Positions 62,536 to 64,000 of a stretch of 64,000 bases of DNA are shown in pieces. How positions within the stretch are numbered: position 1 is the stretch's first letter; each line of letters begins with the position of its first letter. The DNA is from Candidatus Saccharimonadota bacterium (GTDB lineage: Bacteria > Patescibacteriota > Saccharimonadia > Saccharimonadales > SLHW01): the NCBI GenBank assembly GCA_024635455.1, contig JAGXIU010000002.1, forward strand, positions 172,309-236,308. Reading direction: 5' to 3'. The notes under the pieces were generated by a model. It did no database searches. It worked only from the letters and a program-made list of their open reading frames with translations, and was not told where the DNA came from. The translations under genes were made by a program, and so were the position numbers.

Positions 62536-64000
62536 ATGGGAAAAATTATTGGAATTGACCTCGGTACAACTAACTCAGCTATGGCAGTTATGCAGGCTGG
62601 TAAGCCAGAGATTGTGGCCAACTCAGAAGGCAACCGCACAACGCCGAGCGTAGTAGCACTGAACAAGAACGACGAACGATTGGTTGGTCAAGTAGCTCGA
62701 CGACAGCAAGTTACGAATTCAAAGAACACTATTTATGAAGTGAAACGTTTAATTGGTCGTCGCTGGGAAGACAAAGAAGTTCAGCGCGACATCAAGCTGA
62801 TGGGCTATGAAATGGTCAAAAGCGGCAACGGTGTAAAGGTGAAGATGGGCGACAAAGAATATAGTGCAGAAGAAATTAGCGCTATGATCCTCGGCAAGCT
62901 AAAAGCCGACGCAGAAAGCTTCCTTGGCGATACGGTCAGTGAAGCTGTCATCACCGTACCTGCTTACTTTAACGATGCGCAACGCCAAGCTACCAAAGAT
63001 GCTGGTAAGATTGCCGGACTTGAGGTAAAGCGAATTATTAATGAGCCAACTGCAGCAGCATTGGCATACGGACTTGATAAGAAGGATAGCAACAAGGACG
63101 AGAAAATAGCTGTCTACGACCTTGGTGGTGGTACGTTTGACATATCGATTCTTGAACTAGGTGACGGCGTCTTTGAGGTCAAATCGACCAACGGCGACAC
63201 ACACCTTGGTGGCGCAGACTTTGACCGTGCTATTGTCAATTACTTTGTTGCTGAGTTTAAGAAAGAACACGGCCTGGATATCAGTGACGACAAGGCCGCT
63301 ATGCAGCGATTACGTGACGAAGCTGAGAAGGCGAAAATTGAACTTTCTACCACGAACGAGATAGATATTAACTTGCCGTTCTTGACAGCAGACTCTGATG
63401 GCCCAAAGCACTTTGAACACAAACTTACACGAGCTAAGCTCGAGAGTCTTGTTAATGAACTTATTGATAAAACCGAAGAACCATGTAAAAAGGCGCTTAA
63501 AGACGCTGGAATCAAGGCGAGCGAGATCGATGCCGTTGTACTAGTCGGTGGTATGACGCGTATGCCAGCAGTACAGCAAAAAGTTGAGAAGATTTTTGGT
63601 AAAGAGCCAATGAAGGGTGTTAACCCTGATGAAGTCGTTGCTATAGGTGCGGCTATCCAAGGTGGTGTACTGCAGGGTGACGTAAAGGACGTACTACTAC
63701 TAGACGTTACGCCGCTTTCACTTGGTATTGAAACGCTTGGCGGTGTCGCAACCAAATTGATAGAGCGAAATGCAACTATCCCAACCAGCAAGAGTGAGAC
63801 TTTCTCCACCGCAGCAGATAACCAACCACAAGTTGAAATTCACGTCGTACAGGGTGAGCGAGAGATGGTGTCTGACAATAAGTCACTTGGACGCTTTGTC
63901 CTGGATGGCATTCCATCAGCGCCACGAGGTGTACCACAGATTGAAGTAACCTTTAATATCGATGCAAACGGCATCTTGAATGTCACTGCAAAAGATAAAG
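62536..64000 (+). CDS. dnaK: Molecular chaperone DnaK (Hsp70), 3'-truncated by the window end
   Basis: AGGAG RBS. Translation begins [18 protein letters not shown].... The frame stays open to the window end, so it is absent from the ORF track. Confidence 0.95.
   Translation, partial: MGKIIGIDLGTTNSAMAVMQAGKPEIVANSEGNRTTPSVVALNKNDERLVGQVARRQQVTNSKNTIYEVKRLIGRRWEDKEVQRDIKLMGYEMVKSGNGVKVKMGDKEYSAEEISAMILGKLKADAESFLGDTVSEAVITVPAYFNDAQRQATKDAGKIAGLEVKRIINEPTAAALAYGLDKKDSNKDEKIAVYDLGGGTFDISILELGDGVFEVKSTNGDTHLGGADFDRAIVNYFVAEFKKEHGLDISDDKAAMQRLRDEAEKAKIELSTTNEIDINLPFLTADSDGPKHFEHKLTRAKLESLVNELIDKTEEPCKKALKDAGIKASEIDAVVLVGGMTRMPAVQQKVEKIFGKEPMKGVNPDEVVAIGAAIQGGVLQGDVKDVLLLDVTPLSLGIETLGGVATKLIERNATIPTSKSETFSTAADNQPQVEIHVVQGEREMVSDNKSLGRFVLDGIPSAPRGVPQIEVTFNIDANGILNVTAKDK

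Noticed and set aside
1-64000. CRISPR arrays, rRNA genes, transposase/IS elements, toxin-antitoxin pairs.
   Set aside because: I saw no regularly spaced direct repeats, no rRNA-like conserved blocks, no DDE/IS-type ORFs with terminal inverted repeats and no obvious small paired TA ORFs. The only recombinase found is the serine integrase at 30324-31895.

Overview
The window looks like a compact, gene-dense bacterial chromosome segment. Most of it is housekeeping: uppP, nadD, aspS, a murC-like ligase, dus, tilS, ftsH, murJ, lepA and hrcA-grpE-dnaK. There are also many small N-terminally membrane-anchored proteins of unknown function. By inference only, the gene content resembles a reduced-genome Patescibacteria/Saccharibacteria-like organism. 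Three tRNAs with CAU anticodons are present, one of them initiator-like, and each sits next to an integration scar or island. Island A (about 30.3-36.0 kb) lies next to tRNA(CAU) 30270-30345. It carries a large serine recombinase and a Septu-like ABC-ATPase + HNH nuclease pair, and the ATPase ends in an RNxxxH tail. Island B (about 39.7-45.1 kb) lies next to the initiator-like tRNA. It is bounded by three direct copies of the tRNA 3' end and has no integrase. It carries a translationally coupled DCTPP1/MazG-like pyrophosphohydrolase plus a frameshifted HNH_2 nuclease gene, several unknown proteins and an A10G8 homopolymer. The third tRNA (53641-53717, minus strand) has a 120-bp tandem duplication of its 3' end and terminator. 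Other findings: a candidate compact cobalamin riboswitch (about 4791-4925) ahead of an uncharacterised operon; a 33-nt palindromic hairpin repeated four times at gene ends; a PyrF homolog with substituted catalytic residues; a cysteine-free MutY-like glycosylase; three CIRCE operators in the hrcA-grpE-dnaK locus; and several promoters placed for leaderless transcripts. No CRISPR array or rRNA was seen. All calls rest on reading motifs by eye; no searches were run.
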